From Nitrospirota bacterium (GTDB lineage: Bacteria > Nitrospirota > UBA9217), in contig CAWIYV010000007.1 in the NCBI GenBank assembly GCA_963840455.1, positions 1-64,000 on the forward strand: a stretch of 64,000 nucleotides of DNA. Direction: 5' to 3'. The notes beneath the pieces were generated by a model. The model made no database searches and was not told where the DNA came from. It was given only the letters and a program-made list of their open reading frames with translations. Positions 51,430-64,000 of this stretch are shown here, piece by piece. A program made the position numbers and the translations under genes. Positions within the stretch are counted from its first letter, which is position 1. Each line of letters begins with the position of its first letter.

Positions 51430-53355
51430 TCATCCTGGTGTAATCCCTTCGATATCCGATGGCTTATGCACGTACCCGACCTTCTTCAATGCCTCCTCGA
51501 TCTCGCCCAGGGTCGCCGGATCATCGATGGTCGACGGCATGCTATAGTCCTCTCCGTCCGCGATCTTTCGCATGGTGCCGCGCAGGATCTTGCCGGAGCG
51601 GGTCTTTGGCAGCCGCTTGACCACACAGGTCTCCTTATACGAAGCGATGGGCCCGATCGTGGTCCTGATCATCTCGGAAAGTTCCTTGCGGATCTCCTCG
51701 TTGCTTTTGTTGACGCCCGCCTTCAGGACGCAAAGGCCGAGCGGCACCTGCCCCTTGAGTTGATCGTGCACGCCGATGACCGCGCACTCTGCCACGTCCC
51801 TGTGCGTGGAGACGACCTCTTCCATCTCGCCTGTGGAGAGGCGGTGGCCGGCCACGTTGATCACGTCGTCGACGCGGCCCATGATGAACACATAGCCGTC
51901 CTCATCGATGTACCCGCCGTCGCTGGTGAAATAATAGCCGGGATAGACCTTGAGGTAGGACTCAAGGAAACGGTTGTCCGCCTGCCACAGCGTGGGAAGC
52001 GTGCCGGGGGGGAGGGGGAGCTTCACGGTCACAAGCCCGGTATCGTTCGGCCCGGCCTGCTTCCCGTTCGTGTCCAGGATCTGGACATTGAATCCCGGCA
52101 CCGGTTTGGTGGACGAGCCCGGCTTGATGGGGAACGATTCGATGCCCATGCAGTTCGCGGTGATGGGCCAGCCCGTCTCGGTCTGCCACCAGTGGTCGAT
52201 GACCGGCTTTTTTAAGAGGGTATGCGCCCAGTGGTATGTGTCGGGATCGAGGCGTTCGCCGGCAAGGAAGAGGTATTTGAACCCCGACAGGTCGTACTTC
52301 TTCACGAACTCGCCGTTCGGGTCGTCCCGCTTGATCGCGCGGAACGCCGTTGGCGCGGTGAACATGACCTTGACGTTGTGCTGGGAGATGACCCGCCAGA
52401 AGGCGCCTGCATCAGGCGTGCCGACGGGCTTGCCCTCGTACAGCACCGTAGTGCAGCCGGTCAGGAGCGGGGCATAGACGATGTAGGAGTGGCCCACGAC
52501 CCAGCCCACGTCCGAGGCCGCCCAGTATACATCGCCGGGCTTCACACCATAGATGTGCTCCATGCTCCAGCGAAGCGCGACCGCGTGGCCGCCGTTGTCC
52601 CGCACCACGCCTTTCGGCTTGCCGGTCGTGCCGGAGGTATAGAGGATATAGAGGGGGTCGGTTGCCTTGACCGGCGTGCAACCCACGGGCTTTGCCTTCG
52701 CCATGAGCTCGTCCCAGTCCAGGTCCCGTCCGGCAATGAGAGGGGCTTTCACGATCTGCCGCTGGAAGATGATGCATTTCCCCGGCTTGTATTCGGCCTC
52801 CTCGATCGCCTTGTCGAGGAGGGGCTTGTATTCGAGGAGTTTCTTCCCCTCGACCGCACCGGACGCAGTGATCATGACCTTGGGCCGTGCGTCGTTGATC
52901 CTGATGGCGAGCTCGTGGGGCGCGAAGCCGCCGAAGACCACGGAGTGGACCGCTCCCAGGCGCGCGCAGGCCAGCATGGCAATGACGGCCTGGGGGATCA
53001 TGGGCATGTAGACGATGACCGTTGTGCCTTTTTCGACGCCCTGGTCCTTCAGGACCCCGGCGAACCGGGAAACCTGGTCGAGCAGTTCCCGGTAAGTGAA
53101 CTTCTGGAGAGTGCTCGTCACCGGGCTGTCGTAGATCATCGCCACCTGGTCGGCCCTGCCGCCCTGTACGTGGCGATCGAGGGCGTTATAGCAGGTGTTC
53201 ATCTCACCGCCGGTGAACCAGCGGTAGAACGGCTTCTTCGAATCGTCCAGGACCTTGTCCCACTTCCTGTCCCAATCGATCGCCTGGGCAGCTTCACCCC
53301 AGAAGCCCTCGGGGTCCTTGATGCTTCTCTGAAAGAGTTCATCGTACCTTCCCAT
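51430..53355 (-). CDS. prpE: Propionyl-CoA synthetase
   Basis: YTSGTTGKPKG, DHWWQTETG, GRVDDVINVAGHRL, PKTRSGK; next to the prp genes. Confidence 0.9.
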   Translation of the reverse strand: MGRYDELFQRSIKDPEGFWGEAAQAIDWDRKWDKVLDDSKKPFYRWFTGGEMNTCYNALDRHVQGGRADQVAMIYDSPVTSTLQKFTYRELLDQVSRFAGVLKDQGVEKGTTVIVYMPMIPQAVIAMLACARLGAVHSVVFGGFAPHELAIRINDARPKVMITASGAVEGKKLLEYKPLLDKAIEEAEYKPGKCIIFQRQIVKAPLIAGRDLDWDELMAKAKPVGCTPVKATDPLYILYTSGTTGKPKGVVRDNGGHAVALRWSMEHIYGVKPGDVYWAASDVGWVVGHSYIVYAPLLTGCTTVLYEGKPVGTPDAGAFWRVISQHNVKVMFTAPTAFRAIKRDDPNGEFVKKYDLSGFKYLFLAGERLDPDTYHWAHTLLKKPVIDHWWQTETGWPITANCMGIESFPIKPGSSTKPVPGFNVQILDTNGKQAGPNDTGLVTVKLPLPPGTLPTLWQADNRFLESYLKVYPGYYFTSDGGYIDEDGYVFIMGRVDDVINVAGHRLSTGEMEEVVSTHRDVAECAVIGVHDQLKGQVPLGLCVLKAGVNKSNEEIRKELSEMIRTTIGPIASYKETCVVKRLPKTRSGKILRGTMRKIADGEDYSMPSTIDDPATLGEIEEALKKVGYVHKPSDIEGITPG

Positions 53356-53566
53356 GCAGTTCCTCCCCTGAAGCAGATAAGAATGAGCGGACCAAGCCCC
53401 CCTGAAAGGCACTGTCCGCCGTGTCATGCAGTCCGTGTGTACTCCCGCTGCTGGTGGAGGCCGTCGCCTCCGGCAACGCTCCTACTATAAATAGCCGCGT
53501 GTGCCCCTGTCAAGGGCTATTGCGATGCTTCAACCGAGAATGAGCAAGTGATCGATGCCGTACGTG

Positions 53567-56269
53567 CTACTTCCGTGCAAGCAGTTCCCGCAGTACAAAG
53601 GGGAGAATTCCGCCATGGCGATAGTAGTCGACTTCGATGGGCGTGTCGATTCTTGAGAGAAGCATTACCTGCTGCCTGCTTCCGTCGGCACGCTTCACGA
53701 CCAGGGCTAGCTCCTGCTGCGGCTTGAGGTCGTCCAGTCCCAGGATATCGAACTCCTCATCGCCCCTGATGTCCAGCAACTGCACCGAATCCTTGCCCCT
53801 GAACTGGAGAGGGAGCACGCCCATACCAACGAGATTGGACCGGTGGATCCGCTCGAAGCTTCTTGCAATGACCGCCTTGACGCCAAGGAGCTTCGTTCCT
53901 TTTGCTGCCCAGTCCCGTGACGAGCCGGTGCCGTATTCCTCGCCGCCGAACACGACGGTCGGTATCCCTTTTGCCGTGTATCGCATCGCCGCATCATAGA
54001 TGGACATCCGTTCGCCTGACGGCTGCTCGATCGTGACGCCTCCCTCGACCCGGGCACCGCCGGGACCGGCGGGCACCATAAGGTTCTTGATGCGTACATT
54101 GGCGAAGGTCCCCCGCACCATGACATCGTGATTGCCCCGCCGGGTGCCGTAGCTCTGGAAGTCCGCCTTCGCGACGCCGCTCGAAAGCAGGTATGCTCCC
54201 GCCGGCGTGGTCTCCTTGATGGAGCCGGCAGGGCTGATATGGTCGGTCGTGAGCGAGTCGCCGAAGATTGCAAGCGTTCTGGCGCCGAGGATGTCGCCGT
54301 TCATGCCGGGCTGCATCGGGAAATCCGTGAAGAAGGGAGGCTCGGCGATGTACGTGGACCGCGGCCAGGGATAGACCTGGTCCGGGACCGAGGTAATGCT
54401 GTTCCATAAGGCATGATCATGTGCGGGGTCCGCGTACAGACGACGAAATGTCAAAGGTTCTTCAGCGTACTTCATCACTGCCTGTACGTCGGCGCTGGTC
54501 GGCCAGAGGTCGCGCAGATAGACCGGTCCGCCTGCCTTGTCCGAGCCGAGCGGATCGCTGTCGGGGTCCCAGAGCACGGTACCCGAGAGGGCAAAGGCAA
54601 CAACGAGCGCAGGGCTCATGAGGAAGTTGGCACGCAGGTTCGGGTGGATCCTGGCCTCGAAGTTCCGGTTGCCGGACAGCACGGCAGCGCAGACGAGGTC
54701 GTTCAGAACGATGGCCCGCTCGATCTCCTCGTCCAGCGGTCCGGAGTTCCCGATGCAGGTGGTGCAGCCGTAGGCAGAGACGTAGAATCCCAGCTGTTCG
54801 AGTGAGGCGAGCAGGCCGGCCTTCTTGAGGTACTCGGTCACGACCCGCGAGCCCGGGGCGAGGGAGGTCTTCACCCGCTTGTTCACGGCCAGGCCCTTTT
54901 CCACGGCCTTCTTCGCCAGCAGGCCGGCAGCGAGCAGGACCGAGGGATTGGAGGTGTTGGTGCACGACGTGATGGCCGCGATGATCACGTCGCCGTTCCC
55001 CACGTCGCTCCCGTCCTTGAGCGCGAACCGCTTTCCGAGATCGCGCTCGTCCCGGGAGAAGCCGTTCTCGTTCGCCGGTCTGGCGAACAGGCCGGCGAAC
55101 CTGCCCTTCAGTCGGGGGAGCTCGATGCGGTCCTGGGGCCGCCGCGGACCGGCAACGGAGGGAACAACGGACGAGAGGTCGAACTCCAGGACCCGCGTAT
55201 AGTCGATGTCGCCGGCCCTCGGCATGCCGAACATGCCCTGCGCCCGGAAATACGCGGAAAATGTGGCGATCTCAGCGTCCGTCCTGCCGCTGCGCCGGAA
55301 ATACTCCAGCGTGACGCCATCGACGGGGAAGAAGCCCATCGTGGCTCCGTATTCGGGCGCCATGTTCGCGACCGTTGCCCGGTCAGGCACACTGAGCTCG
55401 GAAGCGCCGGTCCCGAGGAACTCGACGAAGGCGCCGACGACCTTTTCCCGGCGCAGAAGCTCGGTGATTGTCAGCACGAGGTCCGTCGCCGTAACACCTT
55501 CTTTAAGCTCTCCCGTGAGGTTCACGCCTATCACGTCGGGGGTAAGGAAGTAGAGGGGCTGGCCGAGCATGCCGGCCTCGGCCTCGATCCCGCCAACGCC
55601 CCAGCCGACAACGCCCATGCCGTTGATCATGGTGGTGTGGCTGTCCGTGCCCACGAGGGTGTCGGGATAATACAGGCTGTCGCTGCTGTGCACGCCGCGA
55701 GCGAGATATTCGAGGTTGACCTGATGGCAGATGCCGATGCCCGGCGGTACCACGCGGAAGGTGTTGAAGGCGTTCATGCCCCATTTCAGGAACTCGTAGC
55801 GCTCACGGTTCCTGCTGAACTCAATTTCCATGTTCTTCCGGAGCGCATCGGATGCGCCGTAATGGTCGATCTGGACCGAATGGTCAACGACCAGGTCCAC
55901 GGGAACAAGGGGCTCGATGATGCCGGGGTCCTTGCCCATCCTGCGGGCTGCGCCGCGCATGGCCGCGAGGTCGCAGAGCAGGGGGACGCCGGTGAAATCC
56001 TGGAGGAGGATGCGGCTGACGACAAAGGGGATCTCCTCGGTGCGGGGGGCTGCGGGCTTCCAGGACGCGAGCTGCCGGACGTGAACTTCCGTGACTTTCC
56101 TGCCGTCGCAGTTCCTGAGCACCGATTCGAGTACGATCCGGATCGAAACAGGGAGGCGGGAGATCCTGCCGAGCCCGGCCTGTTCCAGCGCGGGGAGGGA
56201 ATAGAACATTCCCTTCCTTCCCGTGCCGGGGTCGAATGCCTGGAGCGTGTTAAAGGGATCGTGAGTCAC
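53567..56269 (-). CDS. acnA: Aconitate hydratase AcnA (probably also 2-methylisocitrate dehydratase)
   Basis: [53 protein letters not shown]. Confidence 0.95.
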   Translation of the reverse strand: MTHDPFNTLQAFDPGTGRKGMFYSLPALEQAGLGRISRLPVSIRIVLESVLRNCDGRKVTEVHVRQLASWKPAAPRTEEIPFVVSRILLQDFTGVPLLCDLAAMRGAARRMGKDPGIIEPLVPVDLVVDHSVQIDHYGASDALRKNMEIEFSRNRERYEFLKWGMNAFNTFRVVPPGIGICHQVNLEYLARGVHSSDSLYYPDTLVGTDSHTTMINGMGVVGWGVGGIEAEAGMLGQPLYFLTPDVIGVNLTGELKEGVTATDLVLTITELLRREKVVGAFVEFLGTGASELSVPDRATVANMAPEYGATMGFFPVDGVTLEYFRRSGRTDAEIATFSAYFRAQGMFGMPRAGDIDYTRVLEFDLSSVVPSVAGPRRPQDRIELPRLKGRFAGLFARPANENGFSRDERDLGKRFALKDGSDVGNGDVIIAAITSCTNTSNPSVLLAAGLLAKKAVEKGLAVNKRVKTSLAPGSRVVTEYLKKAGLLASLEQLGFYVSAYGCTTCIGNSGPLDEEIERAIVLNDLVCAAVLSGNRNFEARIHPNLRANFLMSPALVVAFALSGTVLWDPDSDPLGSDKAGGPVYLRDLWPTSADVQAVMKYAEEPLTFRRLYADPAHDHALWNSITSVPDQVYPWPRSTYIAEPPFFTDFPMQPGMNGDILGARTLAIFGDSLTTDHISPAGSIKETTPAGAYLLSSGVAKADFQSYGTRRGNHDVMVRGTFANVRIKNLMVPAGPGGARVEGGVTIEQPSGERMSIYDAAMRYTAKGIPTVVFGGEEYGTGSSRDWAAKGTKLLGVKAVIARSFERIHRSNLVGMGVLPLQFRGKDSVQLLDIRGDEEFDILGLDDLKPQQELALVVKRADGSRQQVMLLSRIDTPIEVDYYRHGGILPFVLRELLARK

Positions 56270-56295
56270 AGACTCTCCAAACCTTAATAATCTGA

Positions 56296-56535
56296 ACCGC
56301 GAAGGCGCGAAGGTCGCGAAGGACTTCTGAATGTCTCGAAGCAGGTTTTAAAAGAACCCCGCCGTCATTGCGAGGAGCGAATTCTGCGACGAAGCAATCT
56401 GTATTACATTGTTTAAAAGACGAGATTGCTTCGCTTCGCTCGCAATGACCGCTTTCACAAAGACAAACTTCAGTGAGCCAAGTTGCTAACACAAAGAACT
56501 GAAGATTTCCTTCGCGTCCTTCGCGGCTTCGCGGT
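56296..56535. repeat. Nested palindromic elements: CGCGAAG-family outer pair enclosing a GTCATTGCGAG-family pair
   Basis: Outer arms 56296-56323 and 56508-56535 match 26/28; inner gtcattgcgag..gaagcaatct (56364-56400) faces agattgcttcg..ctcgcaatgac (56423-56449). Confidence 0.88.
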
Positions 56536-56552
56536 AATGCTTTTCTACGATC

Positions 56553-58004
56553 TCAAATCACGAACATATCGACGAACTCGCTCACCGGCATCGCTCCCAG
56601 GACCCTGTCGTCGAGGCAGACGTCGAGGATCGTCTTCTGTTGTTTTGCCGGAAAGCGGCGGGCAAGATTCGTCCTGAACTTCTCCACCAGGACGGGCATG
56701 CCTTCCTTGCGGCGGCGGCGGTGGCCGATGGGGTATTCCACCACGATCTCCGGCAGCCTGGCGCCGTCCTTCAGCTCCACGGTCAGCGCGTTCGCGATGG
56801 AGCGTTTCTCGGGATCGTGGTAATCCTTCGTGAACTGCGGGTCCTCGGTGCATACGATCTTGTCCCGCAAGGCGTCGATGGCCGGGTCCACCGCAACGTT
56901 GTCCTCGTAGTCGGCAGCGGTGAGCCGCCCGAAGAGGAGCGGTACGGCGACCATGTACTGGATGCAGTGGTCACGGTCGGCCGGGTTGTTGAGCGGCCCT
57001 TTCTTGTCGATGATGCGGATGGCAGCCTCGTGCGTACGGATCGAGATCTTTTTGATGTCCTCGGCGGTCTTGCCCATCTCCTTCAGCTTCTTGTGCAGGG
57101 TCATGGCGCATTCCACGGCTGTCTGGGAGTGGAACTCGGCGGGGAAGGATATCTTGAACAGCACGTTCTCCATCACGTACGAGCCGTAGGGCCGCTGGAA
57201 CTTGAACTCTTTGCCTTTAAAGAGCACATCATAGAAGCCCCAGGTCTTTGCTGTCAGGGCGGACGGATAGCCCATTTCGCCTTTCATTGCCATCAACCCG
57301 AGACGCACTCCCCGGGCCGTGGCATCGCCGGCTGCCCAGGATTTCCGGGAGCCCGTGTTCGGGGAATGGCGATAGGTCCGGAGGGACTGGCCGTCGATCC
57401 AGGCGTTGGAGACCGCGTTGATGACCTCCTCGCGGCTGCCGCCGAGCATCCTGGTCACCACGGCGGTCGTGGCGACCTTTACCAGGACGACGTGGTCAAG
57501 GCCGACGCGATTATAGGAGTTTTCGAGGGCCAGCACGCCCTGGATCTCGTGGGCCTTGATCATGGCGGTCAGGACGTCCTTCATCACCGGCGGTTTCCTG
57601 CCCTCCGAAACGGCTTTGCGGGAGAGGTGGTCCGCTGTCGCGAGGATGCCCCCCAGGTTGTCCGAGGGATGGCCCCATTCCGCTGCCAGCCAGGTGTCGT
57701 TGAAATCGAGCCAGCGGACCAGGGCGCCGATGTTGAAGGCAGCCTGGACGGGATCGAGCTGGAACTGCGTACCCGGAACTTTCGCTCCGTTCGGGACGAT
57801 GGTGCCGGGGACGATGGGCCCGAGGAGCTTCGTACAGGCCGGATACCCCAGGGCCTCGAGCCCGCAGCCCAGGGTGTCGATGAGACAGTACCGGGCGGTA
57901 TCGTATGCCTCCGGGGAAGAGACCGTGTAACTGCAGACGTAGTCTGCTATGTCGACCAGGACCTTGTCCGGATCAGGCCGGACGTTGGAAATGTGGGAGG
58001 ACAT
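56553..58004 (-). CDS. prpD: 2-methylcitrate dehydratase
   Basis: [52 protein letters not shown]. Confidence 0.97.
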   Translation of the reverse strand: MSSHISNVRPDPDKVLVDIADYVCSYTVSSPEAYDTARYCLIDTLGCGLEALGYPACTKLLGPIVPGTIVPNGAKVPGTQFQLDPVQAAFNIGALVRWLDFNDTWLAAEWGHPSDNLGGILATADHLSRKAVSEGRKPPVMKDVLTAMIKAHEIQGVLALENSYNRVGLDHVVLVKVATTAVVTRMLGGSREEVINAVSNAWIDGQSLRTYRHSPNTGSRKSWAAGDATARGVRLGLMAMKGEMGYPSALTAKTWGFYDVLFKGKEFKFQRPYGSYVMENVLFKISFPAEFHSQTAVECAMTLHKKLKEMGKTAEDIKKISIRTHEAAIRIIDKKGPLNNPADRDHCIQYMVAVPLLFGRLTAADYEDNVAVDPAIDALRDKIVCTEDPQFTKDYHDPEKRSIANALTVELKDGARLPEIVVEYPIGHRRRRKEGMPVLVEKFRTNLARRFPAKQQKTILDVCLDDRVLGAMPVSEFVDMFVI

Positions 58005-58036
58005 TTATTTTCCTTTCATGTAACGACGTATTGCAT

Positions 58037-58155
58037 ATTGAAGCTCCCTGCAGCAAGCTGCAGGGAATCTTCGATCCTCAAGGCAGCACTATTTATTCTA
58101 ATCGCTTGCTAACCCTGCAGCAAGCTACGGGGAATGCGCTCGCTCCTGCATTCAA
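58037..58155 (-). repeat. Full single copy of the 111-bp repeat family
   Basis: Near-identical to 19587-19703; a CACCGCAGAG-family unit follows at ~58234-58266. Confidence 0.9.
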
Positions 58156-58296
58156 CGCCTGTCTCAGAGGTATCCCCGACTGAAGCCCTCGGGGACAGGC
58201 AGAGACACAGAGAAAAGCACCACCACCAACTTTTTCACCGCAGAGGACACAGAGTTCACAGAGAAAGGCTTGTTTCCTGAATTTTGACCCTTGACC

Positions 58297-59469
58297 CTAT
58301 CTTTCCTTTATCGGTACGTACGACCGGTCATCGGGGCCGGTGTAGTTGGCCGACGGACGGATGATCTTGTTGTCCATGCGCTGTTCGATGATGTGCGCCG
58401 CCCAGCCCGTTGTACGGGAGATGACGAAGACCGGCGTGAACAGCGGCGTGGGTATGCCAAGCATGTTGTACGTCACTGCGGAATACCAGTCGAGGTTCGG
58501 GAACATGTTCTTCTCGCGCTTCATGACGACCTCGATCCGGTCGGCGATGTGATGGAGGTTCATGTTGTCCCCGTCCTCGCAGAGGCCCTTCGCGATCGCC
58601 TTGATGACCGGGTTGCGCGGATCGCTCACGGTGTATACCGGGTGGCCGAAGCCGATGACGATCTCTTTCCGGGCGACCCGCGTCATGATGTCTGCCTCCG
58701 CCTCGTCCGGCGTCCGGTAACGGCGCTGGATCTCGTAGGCCGCCTCGTTCGCACCGCCGTGCTTGGGGCCGCGCAGCGCGCCGATGGACCCGGTGACGGC
58801 CGAGTAGATGTCGGAGAGCGTCCCCGCGATAACGCGGGCGGCGAACGTGGATGCCGCGAATTCGTGCTCGGCGTAGAGGATCAGTGACTGGTCCAGCGCC
58901 CGCTCATGGAGGGCCGATGGCTTCCTGCCGTGCATCAGGTTCAGGAAGTGCCCGGCGACGGTCTCGTCGTCCGTTTCGACCTCGATCCGGCGCCCGCTCT
59001 GCGCGAAATGCCACCAGTAGAGCAGGGCGGAGCCGAAGGAGGCGATCAGTCGGTCGGCGATGTCCCGAGCGCCCTGGATGTTCTGGTCCTCTTTTTCCGG
59101 AAGGACCGTGCCGAGGCACGAACAGGCTGTGCGCATGACGTCCATGGGATGGGCCGCAGCCGGGATGTGCTCCAGGACCGTCTTCAGCTGCCCGGGCAGG
59201 CTGCGCAGCTGCTTCAGCTTCTTCTTGTAGCCCTTCAGCTGGGATTCCGTCGGGAGATCGCCGTGGATCAGGAGAAAGGCGGTCTCCTCGAAAGTCGACT
59301 TCCTGGCGAGCTCAACGATGTCATAACCGCGATAGTGCAGGTCGTTCCCGGTCCGTCCTACGGTGCAGACCGCTGAGTTGCCGGCGATCACGCCGGAGAG
59401 GGCGACTGATTTTTTTACCCGTGGAGTTGCCGCTTCTGCCGGAGCCGCCGGTGAGGTTTCGCTGCTCAT
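58297..59469 (-). CDS. prpC: 2-methylcitrate synthase
   Basis: [44 protein letters not shown]. Confidence 0.96.
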   Translation of the reverse strand: MSSETSPAAPAEAATPRVKKSVALSGVIAGNSAVCTVGRTGNDLHYRGYDIVELARKSTFEETAFLLIHGDLPTESQLKGYKKKLKQLRSLPGQLKTVLEHIPAAAHPMDVMRTACSCLGTVLPEKEDQNIQGARDIADRLIASFGSALLYWWHFAQSGRRIEVETDDETVAGHFLNLMHGRKPSALHERALDQSLILYAEHEFAASTFAARVIAGTLSDIYSAVTGSIGALRGPKHGGANEAAYEIQRRYRTPDEAEADIMTRVARKEIVIGFGHPVYTVSDPRNPVIKAIAKGLCEDGDNMNLHHIADRIEVVMKREKNMFPNLDWYSAVTYNMLGIPTPLFTPVFVISRTTGWAAHIIEQRMDNKIIRPSANYTGPDDRSYVPIKER

Positions 59470-60356
59470 ATTTTCTCCTCCTTGGAAAAGATCGCATCAA
59501 GCTTCTGTTCGAACGCATGGTAGTCGAGATAATCATAGAGTTCCGCGCGGGTCTGCATCAGGCCGATCACGTTCTTCTGGGATTCCTCCTTGCGGATCGT
59601 GTGGTAGACCGAGAGCGCTGCCTTGCTCATGGCCCGGAACGCGGAAAGGGGATACAGGATGAGGGAGACGTCGGCGCTGCGCAGTTCTTCCACCGTATAG
59701 AGCGGCGTGGAGCCGAACTCCGTGATATTGGCCAGGATCGGGACCTTCACGGCTTGGGCGAACTTGCTGTACATGGCAAGCTCGGTGATGGCCTCGGGAA
59801 AGATCATGTCCGCACCTGCCTCGACGCAGGCGCGGGCACGGTCGATTGCTGCATCAAGCCCCTCGACGGCAAGGGCATCGGTCCGCGCCATAATGACGAA
59901 GTCGGGGTCGGTCTTGGCGTCCACAGCGGCCTTGATCCGGTCCACCATCTCTTCCTTGCTGACGATAGCCTTCCCGGGCCGGTGTCCGCAGCGCTTGGTC
60001 TGGACCTGGTCCTCGATATGCACCGCCGCGGCACCATGCTTGATCATGGACCTTATGGTGCGCGCGATGTTGAAGGCGCTGCCCCATCCAGTGTCGATGT
60101 CCACGAGCACCGGCAGGTCGGTGATATCGGTGATGCGCCGCACATCGGTCAGGACATCTTCCATGGTGGTGATGCCGAGGTCGGGAACGCCCAACGAACC
60201 GGCGGCAACGCCGCCGCCGGAAACGTAGAGCGCCTTGAATCCCGAGCGCTCGGCCAGGCGAGCCGCATAGGCGTTGATAGCGCCTACGACCTGGAGCGGC
60301 TTTTCGTCGCGCACGGCTGTCCGGAAGCGGGCGCCTGGTGACATTGGTCTTGCCAT
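59466..60356 (-). CDS. prpB: Methylisocitrate lyase
   Basis: [31 protein letters not shown]; RBS AGGAGG. Confidence 0.96.
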   Translation of the reverse strand: MARPMSPGARFRTAVRDEKPLQVVGAINAYAARLAERSGFKALYVSGGGVAAGSLGVPDLGITTMEDVLTDVRRITDITDLPVLVDIDTGWGSAFNIARTIRSMIKHGAAAVHIEDQVQTKRCGHRPGKAIVSKEEMVDRIKAAVDAKTDPDFVIMARTDALAVEGLDAAIDRARACVEAGADMIFPEAITELAMYSKFAQAVKVPILANITEFGSTPLYTVEELRSADVSLILYPLSAFRAMSKAALSVYHTIRKEESQKNVIGLMQTRAELYDYLDYHAFEQKLDAIFSKEEKI

Positions 60357-60503
60357 TCCACGATCCTCCTCGGAGCTATCCGGTTGCGCCACTCAGTTCC
60401 TGATGCCGTGGCAGCGTGATATGCATCGGCCGGACAGCTATACCTTGATCTAGGATCTAGCGATATCAGATGCTGATCCCTTGCTCTCTGATGAAGTAAT
60501 AAG

Positions 60504-60519
60504 AGCAATACTTGAGCCA
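60504..60519 (-). promoter_or_regulatory. Sigma54 -24/-12 promoter of prpBCD
   Basis: TGGCTC-AAGTA-TTGCT on the minus strand. Confidence 0.8.
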
Positions 60520-60556
60520 ATATGAATAAAAAACTGATTAATTCTCAATGAAAAAC

Positions 60557-60569
60557 TAACTCATTGATA
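60557..60569 (-). promoter_or_regulatory. IHF site
   Basis: TATCAA-TGAG-TTA matches WATCARNNNNTTR, in AT-rich DNA between the promoter and the putative enhancer. Confidence 0.65.
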
Positions 60570-60636
60570 TGATTTTGTTATTTTATTAATATATACTGAA
60601 AATGATGTGAAGTGCAAGAGAGATAGTGAAAATAAT

Positions 60637-60659
60637 TGCATTTATTGAAAATAAATGCA
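60637..60659. promoter_or_regulatory. Putative enhancer (UAS) for the sigma54 activator
   Basis: Perfect palindrome TGCATTTATT-gaa-AATAAATGCA ~120-140 bp upstream of the -24. Confidence 0.6.
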
Positions 60660-60677
60660 GGCAGGATAATGCATTAC

Positions 60678-62399
<1,722 letters not shown>

Positions 62400-62572
62400 A
62401 GGAAGCAGGGAATCGAAGTGAAGTTCATTCAGAAAGTATGTCGATCTCTTTAAAAAAACTACCTTAATCCAATAAGAATGTAAAGAAGTAACTTGAATGA
62501 TTTTGCAGTATGAACACAACTTATTGAATAAAAATAGATAATACAAGTTTACATCGGGTAATAATGATCATC

Positions 62573-62601
62573 TTGACAGGTGAACAAATGTTCACTATAA
62601 T
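62573..62601 (+). promoter_or_regulatory. Consensus sigma70 promoter with a GAAC-N4-GTTC SOS (LexA) box in the spacer
   Basis: TTGACA 62573-62578, N17, TATAAT 62596-62601; GAACAAATGTTC 62582-62593. Confidence 0.85.
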
Positions 62602-62608
62602 AGGGTCC

Positions 62609-62851
62609 ATGGCAATCGAGATCGATGAGCCGATAAAGGTCGGTGCAGTTTTCTCCCGGGGAGAGGTCCGTCCTGTCTGGTTTTCCTGGAAAGGCAGACA
62701 GGTCAAGATCAAGGAGACTGCCTTTACCTGGAAGAGCCGGGAGGGGAGCGCGGTTATCCTGCACTTCTCGGTTACCGACGGCCAGGGACTTTACGAGGTC
62801 TGTTACAACATGGAAAGCCTCGGGTGGAAAATCAGAAATGCAGAAGGATAA
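62609..62851 (+). CDS. Small beta-rich protein upstream of dinB (DUF6504/ImuB-C-like)
   Basis: 80 aa, P..F.W.GR...I.....W...L.F.V....Y...Y....W pattern; ATG 7 nt after the -10. Confidence 0.75.
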   Translation: MAIEIDEPIKVGAVFSRGEVRPVWFSWKGRQVKIKETAFTWKSREGSAVILHFSVTDGQGLYEVCYNMESLGWKIRNAEG

Positions 62852-62869
62852 TTGCTACACCGAGGATGG

Positions 62870-63376
62870 GCCACGAATTAAGCACGAATTGTATACCGAT
62901 TAAGGTAGAAGCTGCATCGAGGAGACGATGCGATGGATATTGATGCTGCGAATCATGTTTAAGGATGTTTCTTATAAGATCACGGGCTGGCCATGAAGGT
63001 GCATAGATTTCCCGGAATTAGGCCCTGGCTTTTTGGAGAAAGTGTACGAAAATGGAATGATGGTATTGTTTCGCCGAGAGGGAATCGAAGCGATCTCAGG
63101 CAGATGCCCATTATGGTCTCTCTTCTTCGGGTGAACTATCGTGGAGTAGTTATGTGACACCCTTGTCGTGGGAAAGAATGGTCATTCTAGAGTTGAAAGC
63201 TGTAGAAAACTTCACTGATGCTCATGAAGCACAGGCTTTAAATTATTTGAAAGCCACCGGTTGAAACTGGCAATTATTATAAATTTCGGGAACGAAAGTC
63301 TTAAATTTGAAAGATTGGCATATTAGAAATATTATCGAAGTTCGTTTTCTTTGGCAATTCGTGAAAATTGCGTGGC
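62870..63376 (+). mobile_element. Inverted-repeat-bounded GxxExxY insertion
   Basis: gccacgaattaagcacgaattg (62870-62891) facing caattcgtgaaaattgcgtggc (63355-63376); AT-rich interior. Confidence 0.7.
62933..63326 (+). pseudogene. GxxExxY (PD-(D/E)XK-like) pseudogene
   Basis: Fragments SYKITG, MKVHR, LGPGFLEKVYEN, ILELKAVE...HEAQALNYLKATG, INFG...ERL across frameshifts. Confidence 0.88.
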
Positions 63377-63408
63377 TAACGAAAAGGCTACTTCTTTTTG
63401 CAGCTGAA

Positions 63409-64000
63409 ATGAAAAATATCCTTCACATCGATATGAACGCTTTCTTCGCTTCGGTCGAACAGCGCTCCACTCCCGCCCTGCGGGGGCGGCCCATGGCGGT
63501 GGTCGGATCGGAGCGCCGCGGCGTCATCCTGTCCCCCTCATACGAGGCGCGGGCCTTCGGCGTCAAGACCGGCATGATGTACCACGAAGCGAGACGAACG
63601 TGTCCCGACATCGTGCTGGTCCCCGCAGACTCAGCCAAGTATTCCCATGCCTGCAAACAGCTCATCAGGATATGGGAGCGCTTCACGCCCCTGGTCGAAC
63701 TGTTCTCCATCGATGAGGCGTTCCTCGACGTGACAGGCTGCGAGTCGCTCTTCGGCGACCCGGTGCAGATCGCCGTCAGTCTCAAGGAACAGACGTGGGA
63801 GGAGACGAAGCTCACCTGCTCGGTCGGCATCGCCCCCAACAAGCTCCTTGCCAAGCTGGGGAGCGACATGCTGAAACCCGACGGCATCGTGCTCATCCTG
63901 CCTCACGACGTTCCCGAGGTGATGGAAGACCTTCCCGTGAAGGATATCTGCGGAATCGGTCCAAACCTGACAAGGCACCTCGCTGCCATGGGCATCACGA
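63409..64000 (+). CDS. dinB: DNA polymerase IV, Y-family (truncated by the window end)
   Basis: HIDMNAFFASVEQ, SYEARAFGVKTGM, SIDEAFLD, SVGIAPNKLLAKL, KPDG; absent from the ORF track because it runs off the edge. Confidence 0.95.
   Translation, partial: MKNILHIDMNAFFASVEQRSTPALRGRPMAVVGSERRGVILSPSYEARAFGVKTGMMYHEARRTCPDIVLVPADSAKYSHACKQLIRIWERFTPLVELFSIDEAFLDVTGCESLFGDPVQIAVSLKEQTWEETKLTCSVGIAPNKLLAKLGSDMLKPDGIVLILPHDVPEVMEDLPVKDICGIGPNLTRHLAAMGIT

Overview
GC-rich bacterial chromosomal window. Gene order and repeat families resemble Nitrospirota or deltaproteobacteria-like genomes, but the taxonomy is only an inference. 1-26 kb is an accessory patchwork: an ABC-2 exporter, oxidoreductases, an RRM-rpsU pair, a heme/Cys-rich sensor kinase, lipoprotein and outer-membrane genes, a patatin, AcuC and a cupin. 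It also holds an internally deleted HUH (RAYT/IS200-like) element, and copies of its end motif mark duplicated host fragments. 26-49 kb is a housekeeping block (yhaM, ftsY, zapA, 6S RNA, rarA, rny, ymdB, xseAB, ispA, dxs ... tlyA). A ~10 kb insert splits it and carries a very atypical F1Fo ATP synthase operon: no free delta subunit, a delta C-terminal-like domain fused to the alpha N-terminus, a c subunit with no glycine zipper, and divergent a, gamma and epsilon subunits. This operon is the best candidate for an undescribed system. 49-62.4 kb is a sigma54-controlled methylcitrate (prp) cluster. The window ends in an SOS-box-controlled small-protein + dinB cassette interrupted by a GxxExxY remnant. 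I see no CRISPR array, tRNA or rRNA. All family assignments come from reading motifs by eye, not from database searches.
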